Part shown: piece after piece, positions 36,350 to 49,810 of the stretch
Position numbering within the stretch: position 1 is the first letter of the stretch
Layout: every line of letters begins with the position of its first letter
Assembly: GCA_038087875.1 (NCBI GenBank)
Contig: CM075987.1
Location: 24,120,001 to 24,184,000, forward strand
Direction of reading: 5' to 3'
DNA length: 64,000 bases
Source: Malacoraja senta
Taxonomy: Eukaryota
Notes under the pieces: model-generated
The model's input: only the letters and a program-made list of their open reading frames with translations
Database searches by the model: none
Told to the model about the DNA's origin: nothing
Made by a program: the position numbers and the translations under genes

Positions 36350-37245
36350 TTCCTTGGAGTCAACATCACCAACAACTTCTCCTGGACCACCCATATTGAA
36401 GCAACGACCAAGAAAGCGGAACCAATGGCTCCACTTCCTTGGAAGGCTTAGGAAGTTTGGCATGTCCCCGACAACTCTCACCAACTTCTACAGATGCGCC
36501 GTAGAAAGCATTTTATCAGAATGCACCACAGCTTGGTTTGGGAACAGCTCCATCCAAGACCACAAGAAATTGCAGCAAATTGTGGACACAGCCCAGATCA
36601 TCACCAATCCATTGACTCCATTGGATTGGTGAAGTGGACAAGGGGATTATGGACTGGACTTTGTGCCTCCCCCCACAGTGGGAACCATTGTGGGGGGATG
36701 TTTTTATGTTTTATGTTAAATTTCTTTAATGTTGTGTCTATTTGTGCTGCATGGCAAGAACAAATTTCACTGCACCATTTGGTCTATGTGACAATAAATG
36801 TCCTTTGTCCTTTGTCCTTTGTCCATTTGTACCTCACACTGCCTCAGCAAGGCCAGCAGCATAATCAAGGACGAGTCGCACCCTGGCCACTCCCTCTTCT
36901 CCCCTCTCCCAAAAGTTATAGAAGTGTGAAAACCCACACCTCCAAATTCAGGGACAGTTTCTTCCCAGCTGCTATCAGGCAACTGAATCACCCTACCGTG
37001 ACTAGAGAGCGGTGCTGAACCACTCTCATGGTGAAACCTCAGACTATCTTTGATCGGACGTTACTGGCTTTACCTTGCACTTAATGTTATTCCCTTTTCA
37101 TGATTCTAAACACTGTAAATGGCTCGATTGTAATCATGTCTTGTTTTTCCCCTAACGGGTTAGCACGCAACGAAAGCTTTCCACTGTACCTCGGTACACG
37201 TGACAACAAACTAACTGAACTGAAAAAAACTGAACTGAGCTGAGC
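36350..37245 (+). mobile_element. Rex1/Babar LINE 3' fragment, interrupted at ~36622-36826
   Basis: LHFLGRLRKFGMSPTTLTNFYRCAVESILS..AWFGN; YRSVKTHTSKFRDSFFPAAIRQLN; (AACTG)n tail. Confidence 0.85.
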
Positions 37246-37454
37246 TGAGCAACGTTACTCCAATATACTATGCACAAATGGCAATCTCTATTAAAGTCAG
37301 AACACAACCACAATGGTATGTTGGTTTTAGATAAGGTATAGGAATAAAGAAGTAAAGATCAATTTATACAATGTTTATCAAAAATATTGTAAATTCAAAA
37401 AATCCTTTCAAATGATCAAACCACCACATCATATGTGTCTAAAAAGGGTTAGAG

Positions 37455-37660
37455 TAGCTCAGCGGGACAGGCAGCATCTCTGGATAGAAGGAATGGGTGA
37501 CGTTTCGGGTCGAGACCCTTCTTCTTCGAGTCTGAAGAAGGGTCTCGACCCGAAACGATACCCATTCCTTCTCTCCAGAGATGCTGCCTGTCCTGCTGAG
37601 TTACTCCAGCATTTTGTGTCTATCTTCAGTTTAAACCAGCATCTGCAGTTCCTTCCGACA
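37455..37660. mobile_element. Penelope pseudo-LTR inverted pair
   Basis: Arms meet at CCCTTCTTC..CTGAAGAAGGG. Confidence 0.75.
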
Positions 37661-38072
37661 CGCCACATCATATGGTTGGTGAATCAATTATTATGTTCTG
37701 GGTTTGTTTTTTTCCTACGGATTAAACATTGACTGAAGTAAAGGCATCTCATAAATTAAACATCACCAGATTCAGCTGTCCCACAGTCAGGTCTGCATGA
37801 CTAAGCAAAACGCTGCAATACTCCACACTGTGAGAACTCTAAGAGACAGGTTACATAGTTTAGTCAGTGCCAAATCAAATGCACCACCTTTAAGTATCAA
37901 ATAAAGATCCTTCAACCGCATTCCAGGAACATTTCAGAAACCCAAACTCAGCAGACAAAATCGAAAGAGTTGATGCTTTTGAGACAACCCCATGGCCTGC
38001 TAAAGATTTCAGCCACTTATTTAATGAACTACTTTTTTTTTTTTACAAAAACAGAAAATGCTGGAAGAAGTG

Positions 38073-38355
38073 TGGCACGGTGGCACAGCGGTAGAGTTGC
38101 CAGGGACCCAGGTTCGATCCTGAGTACGGGTGCTTGTCTGTGCAGAGTTTGTACGTTCTCCCTGTGACCGCGTGGGTTTTCTCCGGAATGCTCTGGGTTC
38201 CTCCCACACTCCAATGGCGTACAGTTTTGTTAATTTGGCTTCGGTAAAAATTGTAAATTGTCCCTGGTGTGTAGGATAATGCTAGTATACGGGGATCGCT
38301 GGTTGGCGCAGAGCTCGGCGTGGCCTGTTTCCATGCGGTATCTCCAAACTAAACT
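38073..38355 (+). mobile_element. V-SINE
   Basis: SINE consensus. Confidence 0.8.
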
Positions 38356-38579
38356 GTTGAAAGAGAAACGAGCTAATGTGTCTGGTCAGGGACCTTTCCT
38401 TTATAATCATTTCATAACAGAAAAATATGAAAATAAAGTCTGTATTACAAACAGTGACCATTAATCTATGGGGCTAACAGGAAGCACCAATTTTGTTCAA
38501 TAATGTGATTTGCAAATGAAAATTACCATCTTTATTTGGATTATTTGAAAGGTGGCTTAGTTCATAGCGCTGTGGTTGA

Positions 38580-38810
38580 CTCTGGGTAAAATACTCTTGT
38601 GCATTCACCCAATCTATTCCTCTCATGATCTTATACACCATAAGATCACCCCTCATCCTCCTGCGTTCCACGGAATAAAGTCCTAGCCTGCTCAACCTCT
38701 CCCTATAGCTCAGGCCCTCGAGTCCTGGCGACATCCTCGTAAATCTTCTCTGCACCCATTCCAGCTTGACAACTCTTTAACTATTACAGGGTGACCAAAA
38801 TTGAACACGA
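38580..38810 (-). mobile_element. CR1 fragment
   Basis: ORF 38474..38755 QRRFTRMSPGLEGLSYRERLSRLGLYS. Confidence 0.85.
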
Positions 38811-40384
38811 TACCAACATTCTTGAAGTTCTAGATGGTATTACCGGGCAAAGCATTTGCAGCTGCATTTATCTGGAAGTGATAATTCCCTCTGTCCCTGG
38901 CGATCCTTTGTGATTTTCAGTTAGTTCAATGCACTCCGTGTGACGTCAAGGAATAGAGTGCCCACGAAACACCAGACACTTAGTACTTTGACAAAGTCCC
39001 AGTGCAGCACTAAAAAACCCATGCTCCGTTATTATCTGCCACTCTGTACACGCCATCCCAATACATGGGAAGCACTGGCAGCTCCCATTCCGAGTGGAAA
39101 ATTGTCCAAGTTAGTCGCAACCAACAAAACAGAATGAACTCAACCCAGCCACATGTCAGTCCACACTAGATCAGCTTCAAATATAACGCAATGTGCCATC
39201 AATTACACGGGAAGTTGCCAAATCGTGGGCAAAATAACTCAATTACCGATAGACACAAAATGCTGGAGTAACTCCGCGGGTCAGGCAGCATCTCTGGAGA
39301 GAAGGAGTCTGACGTCTGAAAAACGTCACCCATTCCTTCTCTCCAGAGATGCTGTCTGACCCGCTGAGTTACTCCAGCCTTTTGTGTCTATCTTCGGTGC
39401 AAACCAGCACCTGCAGTTCCTTCCCACACACTTAATTCCAGAGTTGAGGTGAAAATGACTGTCCTTTGAATGAACATGGAATAAAGGACCTTGAGTAAAA
39501 ATAAAATCATTGGGATGACTCCTGCCAAGCTTAAAGAAGGATTCTTGGAGGCCAACCATATCCGCTCGTTGCAAGAGTTGCTCAGGGCAGCAATACCTTC
39601 CTGCCTCTTAAATGGTCACTGCATGGTTGGAAGTGGGAATGTCACAGATGATAGCAACTTTCAATTCCAAATGCAATTCCACTGTAATAATTTAGCCACC
39701 TATTTTGTTACATCACGCAAAATCAGGGGAACTGTGTTATCAGAGAGTACAACTAAAGGTGAGACTTTTGAAGAAAATCACCTCTGCCATTTCAAGTAGG
39801 AGTTAAAAAATAAAAAAAAAACCATGGTGTTATTTGAGGAAAAGCAAAAGGATTTTCCTGGCTTATATCTATCCCCACAATCACCAGCATAATTGTGATT
39901 GCCTGCATCTTGTTATGTTCATAAGATTATAGGATCATAAGTGATAGGAGCGGTATTAGGCCATTTGGCCCATCAAGTCTACTCCACCATTCAATCATGG
40001 CTGATCTATCTCTCCCTCCTAACTCTATACTCCTGCCCTCTCCCTATAACTTCTGACACCTGTACTAATCAAGAATCTATCTATCTCAACTTGGCCTGGT
40101 GTGATTGCTTAGATAGCGTAGGTAGGTAAAGATGTTGTGACGTATTTTCAGGTTAGATCCTCATGCCGTTTGCTAGACTTAGCCTGGTGGTTGACAGGGA
40201 GAGCTTTGTCATTTCTTTCAGAAGCAGTCCCAGAAAACCAGAAAATAATTTGATCCCAAATCTTGATCCATCATCCCGAAAAGAAGGAAAGAGTTGTGAC
40301 AAAACCCTGGCTCTGTCATGACCAGGTTTCAGCACGTTGCCTAATGCTTCTGCACGACCCTCCATTTGAGACAGGAGGGTTGAG

Positions 40385-40850
40385 GCCATAACCAGGAATG
40401 AGTGGGTTAACATGTGATAAGTGTTTGACAGCACTGGGCCTCTACCCGTTGGAGTTTAGAAGGATGAGGGGGATCCTCATTGAAGCTTACAAAACAGTGA
40501 AATGCCTGAATAGGATGTCTGTGGAGAAGATGTTTCCACCAGTGGGAGAGTCTAGGACCAGAGGCCATAGCCTCAGAATTAAAGAATGTTCCATTAGGAA
40601 GGAAAAGAGGAGTTTCTTCAGTCAGAGGGTGGTGAATCTGTGGAGTTCATTGCCACAGAAGGCTGTGGAGACTAAGTCAATGTATATTTTTAAGGCAGAG
40701 ATAGATAGATTCTTGATTAGTATGGGAGTAAGGGGTTATGGGGAGAAGAGAGGAGAATGGGGTTAAGAGGGAAAGATGGATTGAATGAATGGTGGCGTAG
40801 ACTTGATGGCCCGAATGGCCTTATTCTGCTCCTATCACTTATGAACTTAT
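40385..40850 (+). mobile_element. CR1 3' fragment
   Basis: ORF 40398..40766 LGLYPLEFRRMRG..FFSQRVVNLW; (CTTATGAA)n tail. Confidence 0.88.
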
Positions 40851-41174
40851 GAACAACAACTGACAGCAGTTGATTGTGAGTTGCTCCTCTACAATTGTGG
40901 GGCCAACAGAAGGGTTTGAGAAAGACAATAACGTTTCTGGTCAATCTGTGAATTGGAAACAAGCAGAGTGTTTATCCAAGAGGAAAGGGAGAAGTTAGGT
41001 GGACCGTAGACATCTGGTTTATTAGATAGGGAACACTTATCATACGTAACAAATCATATTAAATCAACTGATAAAAGTTGCCTATAATAGAAAAGTTGGA
41101 GTTATAGAACAATGTGTTCGATCTGGAGGATATTTAGCGCTAGTCATTAAGCTTTAGAGAAATAGATCAATGTG

Positions 41175-41440
41175 TCATAGAGTTTTACAGTGTGGAAACA
41201 GGCCCATCGGGTCAACTTGCCCACACCGACCTACATGTCCCACCTACATTAGTCCCACCTGCCTGCGCTTGGCCCATATCCCCCTAAATCTGTCCTACCC
41301 ATGTACCTGTCTAAATGTTTCTCAAACATTGTGATGGTACATGCCTCACCTACCTCCTCCGGCAGCTCGTTCCATACACCCACCACTCTTTGTGTGAAAA
41401 AGTTATTCCTCAGGTTCCAATCAAATCTTTCCTCCATCAC
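41175..41440 (-). mobile_element. CR1/HER1 3' fragment
   Basis: ORF 41249..41440 FFTQRVVGVWNELPEE. Confidence 0.85.
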
Positions 41441-42778
41441 CTACTGAAAGCACAACAGGCCAAATAGCATCAGTCTATCCATGGTCCTCCTGACCAGAAT
41501 TTATATTCCAAATATTTAGTCTCTAAGCCGATACCAGATTGAGTTTAAAGCAATAGCGTTGCAGGAGGTTAAGGCATTACATGGTTCAGTATGTTTAGCA
41601 TCGTCTTTTTGTTTTTCAATAGAATACTGTCTGCTCTCAATTATTTTCTATCTTAATGCAGACTCACAGAAGGAATACCTTTTAGCAAGTGAATTATTTA
41701 TATGTTGCTGGGAATTTTGGCAAGTGCACAGTTCCACTTTCAGTATTACTGTAAGTGCCACACCGATATTTTACACAAATCAACCTGTTTTCAGTGCCAG
41801 CAAACATCATAATTAACTACGTGCCATTTAGTGCATTTGGGAAAATATTGCTGTTCTGGTAAAATGGTTAGTTGCTGCCTTCAGTTACAGAATGTTCTAA
41901 TTAATTATAGCCTTGAGTGCCGATATTTCAGAGAGATAATTGAAGTCTTTCTTAAATGTTTCCTGAATGTACAGAAGAACTTCCTGAGTATAATTGCTAT
42001 TGTTGATATTTGGCTCAGTCCCGATCCCGGATCATATACCCACATTTCATGAAACGTCTTGTTTCCAATAAGTAACAGTGAGACTCAAAAGAGTCGTGCA
42101 CAACTTTTTCTAATAGAGGCAGAAATGTTATATTGTTATAATAGACCATACAAGAAGCTAACTTGATGACAAAGCATCTATGTTAAGTCATTGCCTGGGC
42201 TCAGCTTAAGTGCATTCTGCGTGCAGCAAGTTATGAAATCAATGCAAACTGAATGTTCCAGATACTGTACATAGAAGCTGAAAGAAGCTTAGTGCTATTT
42301 ACAAATCGAAGTTAAAACTCTTGGCATTAATTCATCAAGGTATTTTCAGGTCATCTCTGATTATCAATGGCCCTCAACAATGGCCCTCAATTGCTCACTT
42401 CTTCCTACTTATAGTTTGAAAGATTCTGTAACTTTTCTCGTAATTGCATTTGACTTCAAACAGGTTGTTCCTAGATTGCGCCCAATCTAGAAAGATTTGC
42501 ATTCGTAAAGCATCTTCCGTAATCAAAATGCTTCATAATCAATGACGTACTTTGAGGACGCAAGGAACTGCAGATGCTTGAATCCTGAGCAAAGCACAAA
42601 GTGCTGGAGGACTCAGCGGGTCAAACAGCATCTGTGGAAAGAATGAACAGGTGACGTTTCGGGTCGGTACGCTTCTTCTGACTGATGGAGTGGGGGGGGG
42701 TGGGGAGAAAGTTGGAAAAGAGATGTAGAGGCAACGCAAAGAGTAGAAGCAGGAACAGGTCACTTCGCCCCGCAAGAC

Positions 42779-43256
42779 CTCCTCGTTTGATTGCAACCTT
42801 GTCATGGTTGGGGAGCTTGTGGGTCTCAGTGACTCCTAGAGCTATGCCAGCAGGAGATTCGTCTCTTGTTAGGGTCTCCCATGCTGGACAGGTCGAAGGG
42901 TAGAGGCGAGACGAAGAGCGATCCACTGGTCCTCCAGGTTGGAAGTTGAGCACAGGGCTAACAACCCTGTCTCGTAAAACACATATGTGACGGAAACAGC
43001 AACTGAAGGAATCAACACTACTGGGCGTGATGGACTTCCAGGGCTTTCGACAGATGCTAGGATGAATGTACAGCATCCCAAGAATAGTCCTGCACTGGAC
43101 ACCGGAAGGGAAAAGGAAAAGAGGGAGACCCAAAACCATGAAAACAATGGACCTGACCTGGGGTAATGTCCAGAAGCTAGCCCAGAACAGACAGGAGTGG
43201 AGGACCTTTGTTGCTGCCCTACATGCCAGGAGGCATAATAGGCAGTAAGTAAGTAA
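42779..43256 (+). mobile_element. Bipartite non-autonomous RTE element (5' UTR fused to 3' end)
   Basis: RTE-like 5' UTR; WTPEGKRKRGRPK..LTW..LAQNRQEWRTFVAAL RTE C-terminus; (TAAG)n tail; TSD GCCCC(G/A)CAAGAC. Confidence 0.8.
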
Positions 43257-43292
43257 GCCCCACAAGACGGTTATTTCATTCAATGTGATCAT

Positions 43293-43607
43293 GGGGCGGC
43301 ACAGTGACGCAGCGGTAGAGTTGCTGTGTTAAAGCGCCAGAGACGTGGGTTCGATCCCGACTACGGGTGCTTGTCTGTACAGAGTTTGTAATTTTCCCCG
43401 TGACCTGCGTGGATTTTCACCAAGATCTTTGGTATCCTCCCACAATCCAAAGATGTGCAGGTTTGAAGGTTAATTGGCTCGGTATGTATAAATTGTCCCC
43501 AGTGTGTGTGTAGGATAGTGTTCATGTGTGGGGATCATTGGTCGGTGTGGACAAGGTCGGCCGAAGGGCCTGTTTCTGCACTGTATTCCTGAACTAAACT
43601 AAACTAA
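43293..43607 (+). mobile_element. V-SINE full length
   Basis: SINE consensus. Confidence 0.88.
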
Positions 43608-43639
43608 TCTGCCTCAGGTCTCAAGCCGCATCTCCTCCT

Positions 43640-43990
43640 CTGTGCAGGAAGGAACTGCAGATGTGGTTCACACCGAAAATAGACACAAAACGCTGGACTA
43701 ACTCAGCGGGCCAGGCAGCATCTCTGGAGAAAATGAATAGGTGACGTTTTGGGTCGAGACCCTTCTTCAGACCTAGAGTCAGGGGAGAGGGAAATCAGAG
43801 GTATGGAAATGTACAGAACAAACAGCTGGCAATGATGACTCAAGGAAGGTGGAGCCCACAATGGTTCATTGTTGGCTGTGGAAGAGGTGGTAATGAAATA
43901 GGGTGGGGGAGGGACGGAGAGAGAGGGTCAGCAATATTCATACCGCAGGGTTGTAAGCTGCCCAAGCAAAATATGAGGTGTTGTTCCTCT
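43640..43990 (-). mobile_element. Penelope 3' end
   Basis: Reverse EEQHLIFCLGSLQPCGMNI remnant plus pseudo-LTR. Confidence 0.75.
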
Positions 43991-44054
43991 TCTGTGCCAG
44001 TTCTGTGAAGCCCTCCATTCCCTGTTCTTTCAATTTATCTTTAATTATAAGTTC

Positions 44055-44445
44055 TTGTTCATAAGTGATAGGAGCAGAATTAGGCCATTTGACCCATCAA
44101 GTCTACTCCGCCATTTAATCATGGCTGATCTATCTTTCCCTCTCAAACCCATTCTCCTGCCTTCTCCCCATAACCCCTGACACCCGTACTGATCAAGAAT
44201 CTTTCAATCTCTGCCTTAAAAATAACAGACAACATATCTGGACAGAAGGAATGGGTGGCGTTTCGGATCAAGACCCTCTCCACAGCCTTCTGTGGCAATG
44301 AATTCCACAGATTCACAACCCTCTGACTAAAGAAATTCCTCTTCATCTCCTTCCTGAAGGAACGTCCTTTCATTCTGTGGCTATGGCCTCTGGTCCTGGT
44401 CTCTCCCACTAGTGGATACATCCTCTCCACATCCACTCTATCTTT
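44055..44445 (-). mobile_element. CR1 3' fragment
   Basis: ORF 44143..44448 DRVDVERMYPLVGETRTRGHS. Confidence 0.85.
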
Positions 44446-46499
44446 CACTGTTCAGTATCCTCAATGATGCAACGTCCAAAACTCTTTGCGAAAGAATTAC
44501 AGAGATTCACCTTCATCGTTGAGAATAATGGGAATTGCTTCAAAATCTGGTGAATTTTCTGGGATGCATCTGTTATTGTCACCACCGTTTCACTTAGAAC
44601 CTTTGGATTCAGCCCATCAGGTTCAGGGATTCTGTGGTTCAGGGATTGATTGGCTTTGTGTCCCATTAATTTCTCCAGAGTTCTTCTCTTTATTAATATT
44701 AATTAGTTTAAGTTCCTCATTCGCGTTTGACATTTGGCTCCCAACAGTTGTGGTATTTCATTTACGTCAACTGTTGTGACGACAGCTACTAAACAGTTGT
44801 TGGATATCGCAGGCATTTCCTTATTCTCAACTAGAATTCCTCTCAGATGCTAATGGACCTAAATTAAAGTACTTCTTTTTTTTCATAGCATAAATCCCCA
44901 TCATTCATTTCCAGCAGTAACTTTAAATATAAGTATCTAATTAATGACTTGTTGGGAATATAAAATAGTCTTTCTAAGTTCACATAAAGCTATTCATAAG
45001 TTCATAAGTGATAGGAGCGGAATTAGGCCATTCGGCCCATCAAGTCTACTTCACCATTCAATCATGGCTGATCTATCATCCATAATACCACCATCATATC
45101 TTTCATAACTATTTCTGCTCTAACAAGCCCCAGTTTTTCCACAATAAATCTCTAACAATAAATAATTCTTCACATCCCTGGTGTGAACTTAGTGAGTCTC
45201 TCTCCTGTATCTTTTCATAGGTTCATAAGTGATAGGAGCAGAATTAGGCCAATCGGCCCATCAAGTCCACTCCGTCATTCAACCGTGGCTGATCTATCTT
45301 TCCCTCTGAACCCTATTCTGCTGCCCTCTCCCCATAACTCTTGACACCCTTACTAATCAAGAACCTATCAATCTTAAAAACCCACCTTAAAAATATCCAT
45401 TGACTCGGCCTCCACAGCCGTCCGTGGCAATGAATTCCACAGATTCACCCCCCTCTGCATGGCTTCGTCATCCTTCTTGAAGGAAGGATTCCAAAGTTTG
45501 TAATGAGCAATATGCATGGATTTAGATCTATCTTTTGCTTTGCATCCGATGCCTATTACCTAACTGCTCCTTTAGCTGATAGTCTTTTTAAGTATTTGTG
45601 CATTGGAATATAATACTGCTGCAGGTTTTACCAGACAGCATGCTTAAAGCGTCTCGCGTTTCTTTTTCAAGAAAGCTCTTCATCTGTCGATGGGTTTACT
45701 CTGTCAACCTGTTTGTGACCTTTTTAAATCCGCTGCATAATTAGCCAAGGTCTTTCCTTCAGTGTCAACTGCAGATGCATCTTACACCCTAGTGCTGATT
45801 ACTAAAACGCGGTGAGAAAAGTCATTGTGCCAACATCAATGCCCAGGGGATATCATTTCTCACAAAACCCATAAGATCCATTAATCACTATCCTCAGCTT
45901 TCTGTTTCTTTCCCAGTCTATCCACCCTGCTGCCTTCCGCGAAAACTTGTGTGCCCTCAGTTTATCGTACGTGGAAATAATCAACTCCTCTTTTAGAACA
46001 AAGAAGATCTTCCGAATGTCCTTTAAAAATGTGTTCATTATTCACTGAGAACTACTGAACGTGACACGCTATCCTTGCCTTTGACAATTCCTTGCCGTCT
46101 ATCAGCCATTAGCCAACGTTGAAAAGTTAAGCAGACTGCAGGGGCTGGAAATGTGGAATAAAAATGGAAAATGAGTTGAGTTTAGTTTATTGTCACGTGT
46201 ACTGAGGTACAGTGAAAAGATTTTGTTGCGCGCCAATCAGTTAAGGAAAGACAACACATGGTTACAATCGGGACGTCCGCAGTGTACAGATACATGATGA
46301 AGGGAATAACGTGAATAAAAATGCAATCACCAAACGAGGGGTGCCTGGACTTGGGGTGACCGTGAGATTAGGGTGAAGAAGTGCTGTTATCTGAGAGGAT
46401 CATAATTCTGGAGGTGATTGCAGAGACAGGGAAAGATAATCTCGTGGAGAGAGGTGAAAACAAGGGAGGACATTTTAAAAAGAGCAAACTGTACTATAA

Positions 46500-46860
46500 C
46501 TAGAAGATAGACACAAAATGCTGGAGTAAATCAGCGGGACAGGCAGCATCTTTGGAGAGAAGGAATGGGTGATGTTTCGGGTCGAGACCCTTCTTCAGAC
46601 TGATGTCAGGGGAGAGGGAGATACATAGATAAGTAAGTGCAAGGTGTGAAACCAGGACAAAGGGGATGGGGATCCATGGAAACTGTCGAATAGATCATTG
46701 TTAGCTGGGAGAAGGTAACAACAAAGCAAACAGAGATGACATGTAGTCGGAGACAGTCAGATTGGTCGGAGAACTGGGAAGGGGGAGGGATGGAGAGAGA
46801 GGGAAAGCAAGGGTTACTAGAAGTTAGAGAAGTCAATGTTCATACCGCTGGGGTATAAGG
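46500..46860 (-). mobile_element. Penelope 3' end
   Basis: Reverse PSGMNIDFSNF-stop plus pseudo-LTR with hammerhead motif. Confidence 0.75.
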
Positions 46861-47459
46861 AGTCACTCCAGGTCAGTAATCCCAAAGACGATGGTTAAGC
46901 AAGACATGGCATGAGTTAGGACAAGGAAGACAGATTTTGGATGTTTTCAATCTTATAGCCTTTACGAAGATGTTGCCAGGATTTGAGAGCCTGAGCTCCC
47001 GGGACAATTTACAATCTTTACCAGAGCCAATTAACCTTCAAACCTGCATGTAGTTGGAGTGTGGGAGGAAACCGGAGTTCCTGAGGAAGTGATTTGCTTT
47101 GAAGGAGTGAGGATTCCAGCGGTAAGGTTCCACAGGAGAAGTTGGTGCCATTCTCGTAAGCAAAGGTTGCAAGGAGAATTGATGGGCCTGAAGATCAGGA
47201 TATCATTTGAAGAGGGAATCTGCTTCCGTTTGCATGTTGGTAAAGTTCCAAGAGCAGAGACTTAAAATCTTTGGTCAAAAGATGATTGCGGTGATAATCT
47301 TTCAATGTATGTAGCTCTTATGATTGGAACTCAGTGCCTCTAGGGGTTGCAGAAGCAGCATCATCAATGTTTTCAGAACAAATTGGATTGGCATTTGTGT
47401 GGAGGGTAAGGGGAAAGAAAGGTGCATTGGAACCAATGGAATGACTCTACAAGGACGTT

Positions 47460-47737
47460 TAGTTTACTCCACCGAGTCCACGCCAACCAGCGATCCCCAC
47501 ATGTTAACACTATCCTACACTAGGGACAATTTTCATTCACACCAAGCCAATTAAGCTACAAACCTGTACATCTTTGGAGTGTGGGAGGAAACCGAAGATC
47601 TCAGAGAAAACCCGCGTGGTCACGGGGACAACGTACAGACTCCGTACAGGCAGCACCCGGAGTCGGGATCGAACCCAGGTCTCTGGCGCTGAAAGCGCTG
47701 TAAGGCAGCAACTCAACCGCTGCATCACCGTGCCGCC
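47460..47737 (-). mobile_element. V-SINE
   Basis: Reverse SINE consensus. Confidence 0.85.
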
Positions 47738-47740
47738 ACT

Positions 47741-48113
47741 ATACCTCAGCATAATCAAGGACGAGTCACTCCCTGGCCACTCCCTCTTCTCCCCTCTCCC
47801 ATCGGGTAAAAGGTACAGAAGTGTGAAAACGCACACCTCCCGATTCAGGGACAGTTTCTTCCCAGCTGTTATCGGGCAACTGAATCATCCTACCACAACC
47901 AGAGAACAGTGCTGGAACTACTCATTTGGTGAACCTTGTACTATCTTTGATCAGACCTTGCTGGCTTGACCTTGCACTAAACGTTATTCCCTTATGATGT
48001 ATCTATACACTGTAAATGGCTCGATTGCCATCATGTATTGTTTTTCCGCTGACTGCACAGCACGCAACGAAAGCTTTTCACTGTACCTCGGTGAACTAAA
48101 CTGAACTGAACTG
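47741..48113 (+). mobile_element. Rex1/Babar 3' end
   Basis: IIKDESLPGHSLFSPLPSGKRYRSVKTHTSRFRDSFFPAVI; (AACTG)n tail. Confidence 0.85.
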
Positions 48114-48679
48114 ACATGGAATCAATGGGCTGAATTCCCACCTTCTGTGGTATAACATTCTACAATGCTAACAAGCTGTTTAATCTTCCTATCCCTCTCT
48201 GCATCACGTTATTATATTATCACCCTTAAATCTGACAGAATCAATATTCCTGAGGCATACCTTATTTTGGTTCATGCTGTAATTCAATAAAGCATTGCAG
48301 TACTTTATTTTGTCTGCCAGAGGAACAGAATTATCTGGCAGAGATGCAATAAATATTCATATGCAGGTATGTTCCAGCTTATAGATGCTATTTCAAATTT
48401 GTGGGTGTTTCACATCCACATTGAGACTGGACTTCTCCTCCATTTGCACTGGAAAGCAAGTAAAAGGTCCACGCAATCTAATCTCGACCCTCCTCCATTC
48501 TAGAGACCAAAATCTGAATTCCTGCAGAAAGAAAATTGCTCATAATTTGCCGTAGGAATGAATCGAATGGCATCTGCTATTAGTTAGAGTTGCTGTAATA
48601 CTTTTAAGTTTCTAATTTTTTTTGTGTGGCAGGTTGGTTGCAATGTGAGTTAATGATGTTACATTGAGAGAAACCAGGC

Positions 48680-48733
<54 letters not shown>
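48680..48733. repeat. (CT)n microsatellite
   Basis: Directly visible. Confidence 0.9.
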
Positions 48734-48736
<3 letters not shown>

Positions 48737-49254
48737 CGGACTCGGTGGGTCAAAGTGCCTGTTTCCCCGCTGTATCTCTAAACTAAACCACAATTCTTAA
48801 TTTTGATTGATTAAGGATACATTTTATTCCTCGTTGATTTATTCAGACGCCATTGACTCTTTAGTGAAGTCTCATTCACAGAAATATGTGGTAACGTCTC
48901 AGCTATTTCGACCTGCTTACGTTTAATTTGTTTATAATGTTCCTTGTTATGTTAATGGCATGATCTTGGGTGGCACGGTGACACAACTTCTAGAGTTGCT
49001 GCCTTACAGCTTCAGTGAGCCGGGTTCGATCCTGACCTCTGGTTCTGCGTGTGTGGAGTTTGCACGCTCTCCCTGTGACCACACGGATTTTGCCCCCAGT
49101 GTGATGCTTTCCTCCCACATACCAATGATAATTGCTCACAGTAACTTGCCCCTAGTGTGCAGGTTACTGTACCATCTGGGAGGAGTTGATAGGAATGTGG
49201 CTAGTATAATATGGGTTAGAATTGGATTAATTTAGCCCAATGGTCCTTGCACAC

Positions 49255-49810
49255 TTTAGTTTGGTTTAGTTATGTTTAGAGTTACAGTGCAGAAACATGC
49301 CCTTCGGCCCACTGAGTCCGGGCCGACTACTGATCCCCATAGACTAATTCAATCCTGCACACTGGGACAATTTTTTTATTTTTTATTACCGAAACCAATT
49401 AACCTACAAACCTGGGGTAGGCAAAAGTGCTGGAGAAACTCAGCGGGTGCAGCAGCACCTATGGAGCAAAGGAAATAGGCAACGTTTCGGGCCGAAACCC
49501 TTCTTCTGAGTCTGAAGAAGGTTTTCGGCCCGAAACGTTGCCTATTTCCTTCGCTCCATAGATGCTGCTGCACCTGCTGAGTTTCTCCAGCACTTTTGTC
49601 TACCTTCGATTTTCCAGCATCTGCAGTTCCTTCTTAAACCTACAAACCTGCATGTCCTTGGAGGGTGGGGGGGAGGGGGAAAACCAGAGCACACGGGGAA
49701 AACCCATGCAGGACACGGGGAGAACGTGCAAACTCCGTACAGGCAGCACCTGTAGTCAGGATCGAAACCCGTGTCTCTGGCGCAGTAAGACAGCAACTCT
49801 ACTGCTGCAT
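49255..49810 (-). mobile_element. V-SINE interrupted by Penelope inverted pair (49415-49636)
   Basis: TSD AACCTACAAACCTG at 49401 and 49637. Confidence 0.8.

Noticed and set aside
39491..39799. 102-aa ORF in unique sequence
   Set aside because: No recognisable homology or convincing splice context
40221..40322. Acceptor-like TTTCTTTCAG followed by short open frame
   Set aside because: No homology and no partner exons identified
42759..42833. HDV-like fold suggested by CCTCCTCG and outer pairings
   Set aside because: Outer pairing uses TSD and flank outside the element, and no P1/P1.1 topology could be built
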